In this document: one piece after another, positions 1 through 9,384 of the stretch | Layout of the letters: every line of letters starts with the position of its first letter | Numbering within the stretch: the first letter of the stretch is position 1 | Assembly: GCA_002707205.1 (NCBI GenBank) | Contig: PAMH01000022.1 | Span: 277 to 61,492, forward strand | DNA: 61,216 nt | Direction: 5' to 3' | DNA from: Legionellales bacterium | GTDB lineage: Bacteria; Pseudomonadota; Gammaproteobacteria; UBA1113 | Made by a program: the position numbers and the translations under genes | Notes under the pieces: model-generated | What the model was told of the DNA's origin: nothing | What the model saw: the letters and a program-made list of their open reading frames with translations, nothing else | Database searches by the model: none

Positions 1-94
1 GATATGCATGCAAGTAAACGTCATGTTTTGTTCTTGTTATATATAACAGAGAATAAATATATTTATTTTTCGTGATTCATATGGCGCATTAAAT

Positions 95-556
95 ATGAAA
101 AAATTGACATGCCAAAAACAAAAAGCAATAACGATACTCGAAGTATTAATTACTTTGGTGTTGTTGGCTGTTGGGTTGTTAGGCGTTGCTGGTTTGCAGG
201 TAACTGGCATTAAATTTACCCATAATGCTAATTTACGCTATCAAGCGATGTTACAAGCGGTTGATATGGCTGATCGGATGCGGGCAAATCAAGCAGGTGT
301 CACTACTGGTGCTTATGATAATTTGTCAGGGACGGGTACTAACCCAAACTGTGTTGCAAATAGATGTTCTGCACGACAAATGGCACAAACTGATCGTTTT
401 GAATGGAATACTGCTAACTTAAGACTATTACCACAAGGCGCTGGTACGGTGGTGCGCAATGGCAATTTTTACGTCATTACTATTGGCTGGCTGGAAAAAG
501 AAGGCTTTGGTGCCGCTGATAGTCAACAACAAGTGCAAATGCGTGTTGAGCCATGA
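95..556 (+). CDS. pilV: type IV pilus minor pilin PilV
   Basis: Prepilin-like N-terminus (KQKA|ITILEVLITLVLLAVGLLGVAGLQ), PilV-typical 'MADRMRAN' and 'D..EW...LLPQG' segments; first gene of a pilV-W-X-Y1 series. Confidence 0.9.
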   Translation: MKKLTCQKQKAITILEVLITLVLLAVGLLGVAGLQVTGIKFTHNANLRYQAMLQAVDMADRMRANQAGVTTGAYDNLSGTGTNPNCVANRCSARQMAQTDRFEWNTANLRLLPQGAGTVVRNGNFYVITIGWLEKEGFGAADSQQQVQMRVEP

Positions 557-1554
557 TGATAACCGAGTTAAACCTAAAAAAAATAGCAGGTATTAGTTTA
601 GTTGAGCTAATGGTGGCAATTGCTGTCGGCAGTTTACTGAGCTTAGGGCTGATTGATGTTTTAATTAACAGCAATCAAGCTTATCGAATTCAAAACGCCT
701 TAATGCGTGTTCAAGAAGAAGGACAATTTGCCACAGAAATACTTATCAAAGATATTCGTGACACAGACTTTTGGGGATGTATCAATAATCTTGATGAAAT
801 TAATAATCATCTCAATCCTTTAGGTAGTGGTTATACTGAAGCTTTGATGGGTTATACAACTGCACTTGAAGGACAACAAGCTGTTTCAGGTGGTAACTTG
901 ATTAATGGTAGTGACACGATTACTATCCGTGCAGCAGAGAACATAGGTTCAGGCACACAAGTGCAACCACCTTATGGTCCTTCTAACGCTTCAGATATCA
1001 ATGTGCCCAATGGCAGTGATGTGCGTGCCGGCGATATTGTTTTAGTGAGCGATTGTTTGCAGGGTGATATTTTTCAAGTGACTAATGCTAACGCACAATC
1101 CACAGGGGCGCTAGCGCATGAAGCGGGTATTGCAAGTCCGGGTAATACTACCTCAGCATTAAGCAAAGTATATTTTGGTGATGCATTTGTTTTTTTACCC
1201 TATACACGTACATACAGCATTCGTACTAACAATGAAGGAAATCCGGGGCTTTACGTCACAGATGCAGATGGTACACAAGAATTAGTTGAAGGCGTAGAAA
1301 ATATGCTGATTTTATATGGAGAAGATCTTAATAATAATGGTAGTGCCGATCGTTATGTTCGTGCGGATAGTGTTGCCGATATGAATGATGTTGTGAGTGT
1401 CAGAATTAATCTTGTCGTTGCATCTCTTGAAAATAATGTGACAGGTCAAGTCACGCCATACGTCTTTAATGGTCAGACGATTACACCGAATGATAGACGA
1501 TTAAGACGTGTTTACACAAGAACCATTGTTTTAAGAAATCGAGCCGAACAATGA
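553..1554 (+). CDS. pilW: type IV pilus minor pilin PilW
   Basis: AG|ISLVELMVA methylation motif, C-terminal 'ELVEGVENM.ILYGED...VVSVRINL...RRVYTRTIVLRN' typical of PilW; overlaps pilV stop by 4 bp. Confidence 0.9.
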   Translation: MMITELNLKKIAGISLVELMVAIAVGSLLSLGLIDVLINSNQAYRIQNALMRVQEEGQFATEILIKDIRDTDFWGCINNLDEINNHLNPLGSGYTEALMGYTTALEGQQAVSGGNLINGSDTITIRAAENIGSGTQVQPPYGPSNASDINVPNGSDVRAGDIVLVSDCLQGDIFQVTNANAQSTGALAHEAGIASPGNTTSALSKVYFGDAFVFLPYTRTYSIRTNNEGNPGLYVTDADGTQELVEGVENMLILYGEDLNNNGSADRYVRADSVADMNDVVSVRINLVVASLENNVTGQVTPYVFNGQTITPNDRRLRRVYTRTIVLRNRAEQ

Positions 1555-2066
1555 ATATATTTATAGTAAAAAAACAACGAGCAGCAACTTTAGCGATTGG
1601 CTTAATTATTTTATTTGTAATGACATTAATTGGTACTACAGCATTGCAAACAACGGCATTGGAAGAAAAAATTACGGCTAATTTGAATGATACTAACTTA
1701 GCTATGGAATCAGCAGATAGTGCATTGAGAGATGCTGAGCGGCGAATTGAGGCATTAACAAATACCAGCACTTTTGGGCGCTCAGGCGGGCTGTATACGC
1801 AAGGTAATGCGCCAGATCCATTTGCTGCAAGTACTTGGACTGGCTCAAATTCTTTTACGGCAACAGCAATTCCTGGTGTTGTAACTCCCCGTTATTTTAT
1901 AGAAGAGGTTGGTACTTACGGAGGAGGTACAGATATTAATGTTTACAATTACGGACAAGACCCACGAGGTGGCAGTGTTACTGTTTTTAGAATTGTCTCA
2001 CGTGGTACGGGTGGCACGGGCACAGCAGATGTGATGTTAGAAAGTTTTTATGGAAAACAGTTTTAA
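1551..2066 (+). CDS. pilX: type IV pilus minor pilin PilX
   Basis: Pilin-like hydrophobic N-terminus lacking Glu5 (normal for PilX), 'LEEKITAN..D...AMESADSALRDAE', C-terminal 'FRIVSRGTGG...VMLES.Y'; ATGA overlap with pilW. Confidence 0.88.
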   Translation: MNIFIVKKQRAATLAIGLIILFVMTLIGTTALQTTALEEKITANLNDTNLAMESADSALRDAERRIEALTNTSTFGRSGGLYTQGNAPDPFAASTWTGSNSFTATAIPGVVTPRYFIEEVGTYGGGTDINVYNYGQDPRGGSVTVFRIVSRGTGGTGTADVMLESFYGKQF

Positions 2067-2072
2067 ATGGGC

Positions 2073-2101
2073 ATTTCACATGTTGAAGTCGTTTGGGTAT
2101 A
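2073..2101. repeat. isolated terminal (TIR) fragment of ERIC-like palindromic MITE
   Basis: atttcacatgttgaagtcgtttgggtata aligns with the right end of the element at 32065-32223 (atttcgcattttggagtagtttgggtata). Confidence 0.65.
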
Positions 2102-2130
2102 TACTTTAAGTAATAGAACAGGAAAAAATC

Positions 2131-5094
2131 GTGTTTTGCGTTAAGGTAAAAAATAAACTTAATCAAATCTTAATAAGTACTTTGCTTAGTATTTGCTTCA
2201 TATGGAGTACCTTGTTACACGCACAACCCATTGCGCTATCTGATGGTCCCATTTTAGATTCTGCCGCTGTGCCGCCTAACATCATGTTTTTGATTGATAG
2301 CTCAGGCTCTATGGGTACACGTTTACCTAATTCAAACGATACACGACTTGAAGTTGCGCAAGATGCTGCAATTACACTTATTGATGCGTTGACAGATGTG
2401 CGCGTTGGATTAGCCATTTTTAATGGCAACGATGGTGCAAGAATTTTAGTCGGTATTGACGATATTGAAGATAATCGTCGAACATTAACCAGAGAAATTG
2501 AATCAATACGCGCAAGTGGTAATACGCCGCTTGCTGAATCTTTACAGCAAATTGGGCGTTACTTTGTGCAAGGACATGATGGCACATTGGTTTTATACCC
2601 TGAGCAAGATAATGAAACTAGAAAATCAGCCTACACGGTCTTTGATCGTACACCGGCTTATGAACGTGGTGTCAACCAACAATCGCCAATACAGTATTAC
2701 TGTCAAAAAAGTTTTGTTTTGATGCTAACCGATGGTGAGCCAACACAGGATAGAGATATCTCAGCCAGCAGTGGATTGCAAGATTACGACAACGATTGCG
2801 CTAGTCGAGAACCGCCTTGTGAAAATGCACAGCAAGGACAACCTGCGTTACCAAGCTATGATATGAAACCACCTGGCAGTGGTTATACCTACTCGTCAAC
2901 AGGCAGTGATTATTTAGATGATGTAGCAAATGCTTTATTTGATATTGATTTGCGGCCTGACTTGATTCCGCCAGAAGATGTCGTGAAAAAAAATAATGTT
3001 GCAACTTATCCGATTGGATTTGCGGCAGCAGGTTTACGAGATAATCCACTCATGCAAGATACGGCAGATAATGGTGGCGGACAATATTTATATGCGGATG
3101 ATGCCGATTCACTTGTTGCTGCATTTAACTCAGCAGCGGCAGCAATTTTAACACAAATCAGCACGGCTGCATCAGTGGCTTTTAGCACTATTTCTTTAAC
3201 AACAGATTCTGCCGCTTATCTCGTACAATACAATACTAATAAGTGGAGTGGAAATCTTGTCAAAGTAAATTTAACATCAACCGGTGAAATTTCTGGTATT
3301 GCTTGGGAAGCTGCATCTATTTTAGATAATACCTTACCTGGTAGTCGATTAATTTTTACTTATAATCGTGATACTGCATCAGCAGTTAATTTTAAAACAT
3401 TACGTGATTTGTCACTAGAGCAAATAATAGACTTATCGGGTGGTTTTTTCTTTAATAGGGGACAAGAACGTATTGATTATTTAAGAGGCGATCGCAGTCT
3501 AGAGGGGCGCGGCTTTAGAGTACGTGACAGTGTGTTTGGGGATGTGATTAATTCATCGCCGGTGGTTGTCTCAGAGCCTGATTCAAATTGGCCAGATACC
3601 GCACCTTTTCCAACTGGCAATAATAAATATTCTCTTTTTAAATCACAAAATGAAGATCGGGCACCGGTGGTTTATGTAGGTGCAAACGATGGTATGTTAC
3701 ATGGTTTTGATGGTGGTTCAGGCCAAGAACTTATGGCTTATATTCCATCTAGTATTTTTTCGATCAATAACAATGAAGGCTTGCACTATCTTACTGATCC
3801 TGATTATGAACATCGGTTTTATGTCGATTTAACGCCTACAGTTGCAGACGCATATATCAAAACAAATGGTGGCGGTACTGCTGATTGGCACACAGTATTA
3901 ATCGGTGGAAATCGAAATGGTGGGCGAGGCTATTTTGCTTTGGATGTTACTAACCCTAATCAATTCTCGGCAGGAAATATTAATAATACTTTATTGTGGG
4001 AATTTACTTCACGGGATGATGCACGTTTAGGTAAGACTTATAGTCAGCCCGTGATTGGCTTAATGAATAACGGACGTTGGGCGGCTATTTTTGGTAATGG
4101 TTATAATGCAACAGGTACGAATGATGCTCAGTTATTTATTGTTTATTTAGATGGTGGTGAAAATGGTGAATGGCAAGAAGGGCGAGACTACATCGTTATT
4201 GATACAGAGCAAGGTAATCTTGGTAACCCAAATGGTTTGACTTCCCCAGGTGCTGTTGATTTGGACGGCAATGGTACGATTGATAGAATTTATGCAGGTG
4301 ATTTAGATGGTATGTTATGGGCATTTGATGTTTCTAGTAGTTCTTCATCAAATTGGCAAAGTGCTTATGGTAATGGTGGACGACCTAAGCCTTTATTTAA
4401 TGCTCCGAATAATCAATCAGTTACCACACGAGTGACTGTTGTTAAAAATCCAAATGTGGGCGATACAACAGGCAATGCGCCTAATACCATTGTTATGTTT
4501 GGTACGGGTAAATTATTGGCTGCAAATGATAAATTTACCACCACCACAGAAAGCTTCTACGGTATTTGGGATCACGGCGATCAAAATATTCAACGTAATA
4601 AACTGCTTGAACAAACCTATCAAACTACAGGTAACACACGTACGTTAACCGACAATACTATTAATTATCAGGCGGATAATCCCAACCAGTCTGACCAAGG
4701 CTGGTATATTGATTTTGTCGATGGTGAACGAATTATCACTAATCCAGCGACGCGAGGCGGATTTATTTTCTTTAATACGACAATTCCAACCACTGATTCA
4801 CCATGTTCTTTTGGTGGTAGTGGCTGGTTGATGGTTGCAAAAGTAGAAAATGGTGGGCAGCCCAGTGAAGCCGTTTTTGATGTAAATAATGATGACCAGT
4901 TGGATGATAACGATAAGATTAATGATAACTTTGTTTCTGGTTTATTGTATGAGGCTGGCGTCCCTGCTGAATCTAGTTTCCTCGCTGACCAGATGTATAC
5001 AGCAACTTCTAGTGGTGAAATAGATAAACGAAAAATTATTGATTCTGGGGTTAAACGTGGTCGTATCTCGTGGAAAGAAATTCAAAGAAATTAA
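2131..5094 (+). CDS. pilY1: PilY1/PilC pilus tip adhesin (N-terminal vWA domain, C-terminal beta-propeller)
   Basis: Signal peptide, vWA MIDAS (DSSGS...TP...TDG), 'YVGANDGMLHGF', Ca-binding loop DLDGNGTIDRIYAGD, 'GRISWKEI' C-terminus; GTG start. Confidence 0.93.
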   Translation: MFCVKVKNKLNQILISTLLSICFIWSTLLHAQPIALSDGPILDSAAVPPNIMFLIDSSGSMGTRLPNSNDTRLEVAQDAAITLIDALTDVRVGLAIFNGNDGARILVGIDDIEDNRRTLTREIESIRASGNTPLAESLQQIGRYFVQGHDGTLVLYPEQDNETRKSAYTVFDRTPAYERGVNQQSPIQYYCQKSFVLMLTDGEPTQDRDISASSGLQDYDNDCASREPPCENAQQGQPALPSYDMKPPGSGYTYSSTGSDYLDDVANALFDIDLRPDLIPPEDVVKKNNVATYPIGFAAAGLRDNPLMQDTADNGGGQYLYADDADSLVAAFNSAAAAILTQISTAASVAFSTISLTTDSAAYLVQYNTNKWSGNLVKVNLTSTGEISGIAWEAASILDNTLPGSRLIFTYNRDTASAVNFKTLRDLSLEQIIDLSGGFFFNRGQERIDYLRGDRSLEGRGFRVRDSVFGDVINSSPVVVSEPDSNWPDTAPFPTGNNKYSLFKSQNEDRAPVVYVGANDGMLHGFDGGSGQELMAYIPSSIFSINNNEGLHYLTDPDYEHRFYVDLTPTVADAYIKTNGGGTADWHTVLIGGNRNGGRGYFALDVTNPNQFSAGNINNTLLWEFTSRDDARLGKTYSQPVIGLMNNGRWAAIFGNGYNATGTNDAQLFIVYLDGGENGEWQEGRDYIVIDTEQGNLGNPNGLTSPGAVDLDGNGTIDRIYAGDLDGMLWAFDVSSSSSSNWQSAYGNGGRPKPLFNAPNNQSVTTRVTVVKNPNVGDTTGNAPNTIVMFGTGKLLAANDKFTTTTESFYGIWDHGDQNIQRNKLLEQTYQTTGNTRTLTDNTINYQADNPNQSDQGWYIDFVDGERIITNPATRGGFIFFNTTIPTTDSPCSFGGSGWLMVAKVENGGQPSEAVFDVNNDDQLDDNDKINDNFVSGLLYEAGVPAESSFLADQMYTATSSGEIDKRKIIDSGVKRGRISWKEIQRN

Positions 5095-5196
5095 TGATGT
5101 TGAATACACTTACCTTTTTATTGTTGAATCGTATTACGGATAAACAGAGATAAGATATTTTGTTATAATATCTTTTTTATCTCATGTGGAGCATCC

Positions 5197-6429
5197 GTGG
5201 ATTTTTATACGATAACCGCAATTTTAATTACTTTTTCTATCGGGGTCGCTTATATCAATTTACGTTTTATTGGTATGCCAATGACAATAGGTGTTATGTT
5301 TGCGGCGTTATTAACTTCAGGTTTATTGATATTTGCCGATGCGTTGGGATTCCACGCATTAGAACATAAAGCAATTGTTTTAGCTGGCACAATTGATTTT
5401 CATGATTTTCTCATGAATGGTATTTTAAGTTTTTTATTATTTGCAGGCGGCCTGTCAATACATTTGGAACATTTAAAACGCCAAAAATGGGAAATTAGCA
5501 TTCTTGCATCATTAGGCACTATTAGCTCGGCGATGTTAGTGGGGACATTGGTTTATTATTTATTAAGTTTGCTCGGTGTACATTTACAATATATTTATTG
5601 TTTATTATTTGGTGCATTAATTTCACCGACGGATCCTATTGCCGTTTTAGCATTATTTAAATCATTAAAAGCCCCCAAAGAAAGCAGTATTCTATTAGAA
5701 GGGGAATCATTATTTAATGATGGTGTGGGTATCGTTATTTTTTTAACTATCTATCAAGTTGCGTTTCATGGTGTGCCACCCACTTTTTCTTCGGTGTCAT
5801 TACTTTTCCTCAAACAAGCAATTGGTGGTATTGCCTATGGGTACATATTAGGTTGGATAACTGTACGATTACTAAAACCTATTCATGATAGTCATATGCC
5901 AGTATTATTGACCTTAGCTTTAGTGACCGGTGGTTATGCTTTTGCTGAATTTTTAGATGTTTCTGGCCCTTTGGCAATGGTAGTTGCTGGGATTGTGATA
6001 GGTCATCTGGGGCGCAGCAGCTTTTTGTCAGACAATCAAAATAATTATTTAGAACAATTTTGGAGTATTTTAGATGAAGTACTTAATGCGATTTTATTTT
6101 TAATGATTGGTTTTGAACTGTTATTAGTAAAAATTTCGGGTATTGAGTTGATCGCTGGTATTGCTGTCATTCCTCTAGTGCTATTAGTTCGTTTTATCAC
6201 TGTAGCCATTCCTATGGGCGTGATGAAACAGAAAAAAATAGCCTACTGGCCAATGGTGAGTTTATTAACATGGGGAGGTCTACGAGGCGGTCTGGCTGTG
6301 GCTTTAGCACTTTCATTACCTGCGGGCGATTATCGTAGTATTATATTGACAATGACATATTGTATTGTTGTTTTTGCAATTATTGTACAGGGCATGACGG
6401 TAAAGCCATTCATTAGAAAAATTGTCTGA
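5197..6429 (+). CDS. CPA1-family Na+/H+ antiporter (NhaP-like)
   Basis: Multi-pass hydrophobic protein with FGALISPTDPIAV, LEGESLFNDG and WGGLRGG motifs. Confidence 0.92.
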   Translation: MDFYTITAILITFSIGVAYINLRFIGMPMTIGVMFAALLTSGLLIFADALGFHALEHKAIVLAGTIDFHDFLMNGILSFLLFAGGLSIHLEHLKRQKWEISILASLGTISSAMLVGTLVYYLLSLLGVHLQYIYCLLFGALISPTDPIAVLALFKSLKAPKESSILLEGESLFNDGVGIVIFLTIYQVAFHGVPPTFSSVSLLFLKQAIGGIAYGYILGWITVRLLKPIHDSHMPVLLTLALVTGGYAFAEFLDVSGPLAMVVAGIVIGHLGRSSFLSDNQNNYLEQFWSILDEVLNAILFLMIGFELLLVKISGIELIAGIAVIPLVLLVRFITVAIPMGVMKQKKIAYWPMVSLLTWGGLRGGLAVALALSLPAGDYRSIILTMTYCIVVFAIIVQGMTVKPFIRKIV

Positions 6430-6532
6430 CAAGTTTCTTTTAAACAGATTGGCTTGTAAAAATATTGCACATAAATTTACGTTTACAACGCCTTGATTCG
6501 CGCTAAACTTATTAGGGTCGTCGTTTTAATTA

Positions 6533-6541
6533 TGATATAAT
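6533..6541 (+). promoter_or_regulatory. extended -10 promoter element (TGnTATAAT) upstream of aceE
   Basis: tgatataat matches the extended -10 consensus exactly, about 150 nt upstream of the aceE ATG. Confidence 0.5.
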
Positions 6542-6554
6542 TAAGTATTTAGTT

Positions 6555-6633
6555 TTACGCAAAACTTGGAATCGCATGTCCTGTGAGGAAAATCGATTTA
6601 TAGCATTTTGATAAATTAGTGTGTTTTGCGTAA
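6555..6633 (+). promoter_or_regulatory. inverted-repeat structure in the predicted aceE 5' leader
   Basis: Perfect 11-bp inverted repeat ttacgcaaaac (6555-6565) / gttttgcgtaa (6623-6633) enclosing a smaller atttat...ataaat stem. Confidence 0.4.
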
Positions 6634-6691
6634 GCCCTGATTGATACATGAAACTGGCGGTTACTTCCCCAGATTAATCGAAGGATTACCA

Positions 6692-9370
6692 ATGGCTGAA
6701 AATAATATAAATCAAAGTCACGATATCGATCCCATTGAAACAAAAGAGTGGATTGAAGCTTTACAATATGTGGTCGAAAATGAAAGCCCAGAGCGAGCGC
6801 ATTTTATCATAGAACAACTTCAAGATGCGGCAATACAAGCGGGCATTAATTTACCCTATAAAGCAAGAACGGCTTACATCAACACGATACCTGTTGCGCA
6901 ACAAGCCCAATATCCTGGAGATTTAAGTACAGAGCAACGCATTGATGCTTTTTTACGTTGGAATGCAATGGCCATGGTTGTTCGTGCGGGTAAGAAAGCC
7001 CCAGATGTAGGCGGACATATTGCATCATTTGCTTCTGCTGCAACGCTTTACGGTGTTGGATTACATCATTTTTTTCATACAGAAAGTGATGCACATGATG
7101 GCGATTTTGTTTTTATACAAGGTCATTCTTCGCCAGGGATTTACGCGCATGCTTATTTAACAGGCCGTTTAGAAGAAAAACAATTAGATAATTTTCGCCA
7201 AGAAGTGGATGGTGAAGGCATATCATCTTATCCTCATCCATGGTTAATGCCAGATTTTTGGCAGTTTCCAACAGTTTCCATGGGATTAGGGCCTATACAA
7301 GCCATTTACCAAGCAAGATTTTTGAAATATTTACATCATCGCGAATTAAAAAATACGGATAATCGTCATGTGTGGGCATTTTGTGGTGATGGTGAAATGG
7401 ATGAGCCAGAATCACTGGGTGCAGTAAGTATTGCGGTAAAAGAGCAATTAGATAATTTAATTTTTGTAGTGAACTGTAACTTACAACGCTTAGATGGCCC
7501 CGTTCGTGGTAATGGTAAAATTATTCAAGATCTTGAAGGTGTCTTTACCGGCGCGGGCTGGAACGTTATTAAAATTGTTTGGGATTCAAATTGGGATGCA
7601 TTATTAGCCAAGGATATTGATGGCAAATTAAAAAAATTAATGATGGAAACCATCGATGGTGAATACCAAACACTAAAAGCCAATGATGGTGCCTATTTGC
7701 GTGAAAATTTCTTTGCCAAAGATCCTGATTTACTTGCGATGGTTGAAGATTATAGTGATACGCAGTTACATCAATTATTATTTGGTGGCTTAGACCCACG
7801 TAAAGTTTTTGCAGCATACCATCAGGCAGTGAATACCAAAAATGGACGTCCAACAGCCATTCTTGCAAAAACCATCAAAGGCTACGGGATGGGTGATATT
7901 GGCCGTGGTAAAAATACGACACATCAACAAAAGAAGTTAGGCGAGTCTGATATTATTAGTTATCGTGATCGTTTTGAAATTCCTGTTGATGATAAACACG
8001 TTGCAAAAGCGCCTTACGCAAAGCCTGAGAAAGAAATTATTGATTATATTTTAGATTGTCGTCAAAAATTAGGCGGTCAGTTTCCACATCGTAGGGCAAA
8101 AAGTGATGAAACTTTAAAAATACCAAGTTTAGATACGTTTGATACATTCTTTGAAGACAGTGGCGAGCGTGAATTTTCAACAACGATGGCTTTTGTCCGA
8201 ATTTTAAATCACTTGTTAAAAGATAAAAATATTAGTGATCGTATCGTACCGATTATTCCCGATGAATGTCGTACTTTTGGGATGGAAGGTTTATTTCGGC
8301 AAATTGGTATTTATTCGCCGGTTGGGCAATTATACAAGCCTGTTGATTCATCTCAATTAATGTATTACAAAGAAAGTGTTAATGGCCAACTATTAGAGGA
8401 AGGTTTAACTGAAGCTGGTGCATTTAGTTCGTGGTTAGCAGCAGCAACCTCCTACAGTACTAATAATTTACCCATGTTGCCGTTTTATATTTATTATTCT
8501 ATGTTTGGTCATCAACGTATTGGTGATTTAGCATGGGCAGCTGGTGACATGCGTGCACGCGGCTTCCTATTAGGCGGTACTGCTGGTAGGACAACATTGG
8601 CAGGAGAGGGTTTACAACATCAAGATGGTCATACGCATATTTTTGCAAATGTAATTCCTAATTGTCGTACTTATGATCCTACTTTTGATTATGAATTAGC
8701 TGTGATTATTCAACATGGATTACAAGAGATGTATGTTGAGCAAAAAGATCTGCATTATTACATTACAGTGATGAATGAAAACTATCATCATCCAGCTATG
8801 CCAAAAGATTGTGACAAAGATATCATTAAAGGGATGTATTTGTTACAAAAAGCGAAAGCTAAAGCGAAACAAACCAAGGTACAGTTATTAGGCTCAGGTA
8901 CAATTTTACGAGAAGTGATGAAAGCTGCTGAAATACTTGAAAAAGACTATAATATCGCAGCAGATATTTGGAGCGTAACAAGTTTTAATGAATTAACGAG
9001 GGAAGCTGCAGATAAACAAAGATGGCAGCATTATAATCCAGATAAAAAAGTAGATGCTTCCCATGTGCAAAAATGTCTTGAAAAAACAGAAGGGCCTTTA
9101 GTGGCTGCGACTGATTATATTCGTGCATACGCTGAACAAATCAGACCTTATGTTGGTGATAAACATTATGTTACTTTAGGAACAGATGGATTTGGTCGTA
9201 GTGATAGCCGTGAAAAGTTACGTTACTTTTTTGAAGTGGATGCACCGCATGTCGCCTATGCCGCGTTAAAAGCATTAACTGATTTAGGACAATTTAAGCA
9301 AGCCGACTTATTAAAAGCGCGGAAAAAACTTGGTATTGATCCGAATAAACCTAATCCAATGACTGTTTAA
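6692..9370 (+). CDS. aceE: pyruvate dehydrogenase E1 (homodimeric type)
   Basis: DIDPIET.EW N-terminus, TPP motif GDGEMDEPES...NCNLQRLDGP; start moved to ATG 6692 behind an AAGGA RBS (track start 6641). Confidence 0.98.
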   Translation: MAENNINQSHDIDPIETKEWIEALQYVVENESPERAHFIIEQLQDAAIQAGINLPYKARTAYINTIPVAQQAQYPGDLSTEQRIDAFLRWNAMAMVVRAGKKAPDVGGHIASFASAATLYGVGLHHFFHTESDAHDGDFVFIQGHSSPGIYAHAYLTGRLEEKQLDNFRQEVDGEGISSYPHPWLMPDFWQFPTVSMGLGPIQAIYQARFLKYLHHRELKNTDNRHVWAFCGDGEMDEPESLGAVSIAVKEQLDNLIFVVNCNLQRLDGPVRGNGKIIQDLEGVFTGAGWNVIKIVWDSNWDALLAKDIDGKLKKLMMETIDGEYQTLKANDGAYLRENFFAKDPDLLAMVEDYSDTQLHQLLFGGLDPRKVFAAYHQAVNTKNGRPTAILAKTIKGYGMGDIGRGKNTTHQQKKLGESDIISYRDRFEIPVDDKHVAKAPYAKPEKEIIDYILDCRQKLGGQFPHRRAKSDETLKIPSLDTFDTFFEDSGEREFSTTMAFVRILNHLLKDKNISDRIVPIIPDECRTFGMEGLFRQIGIYSPVGQLYKPVDSSQLMYYKESVNGQLLEEGLTEAGAFSSWLAAATSYSTNNLPMLPFYIYYSMFGHQRIGDLAWAAGDMRARGFLLGGTAGRTTLAGEGLQHQDGHTHIFANVIPNCRTYDPTFDYELAVIIQHGLQEMYVEQKDLHYYITVMNENYHHPAMPKDCDKDIIKGMYLLQKAKAKAKQTKVQLLGSGTILREVMKAAEILEKDYNIAADIWSVTSFNELTREAADKQRWQHYNPDKKVDASHVQKCLEKTEGPLVAATDYIRAYAEQIRPYVGDKHYVTLGTDGFGRSDSREKLRYFFEVDAPHVAYAALKALTDLGQFKQADLLKARKKLGIDPNKPNPMTV

Positions 9371-9384
9371 GCAGGAGAAGCACA

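Noticed and set aside
5147-5183. Hairpin after pilY1 (aagatatt/aatatctt plus T-run) as an intrinsic terminator
   Set aside because: The stem is almost all A/T and overlaps a TATAAT likely serving the antiporter gene; too weak to call.
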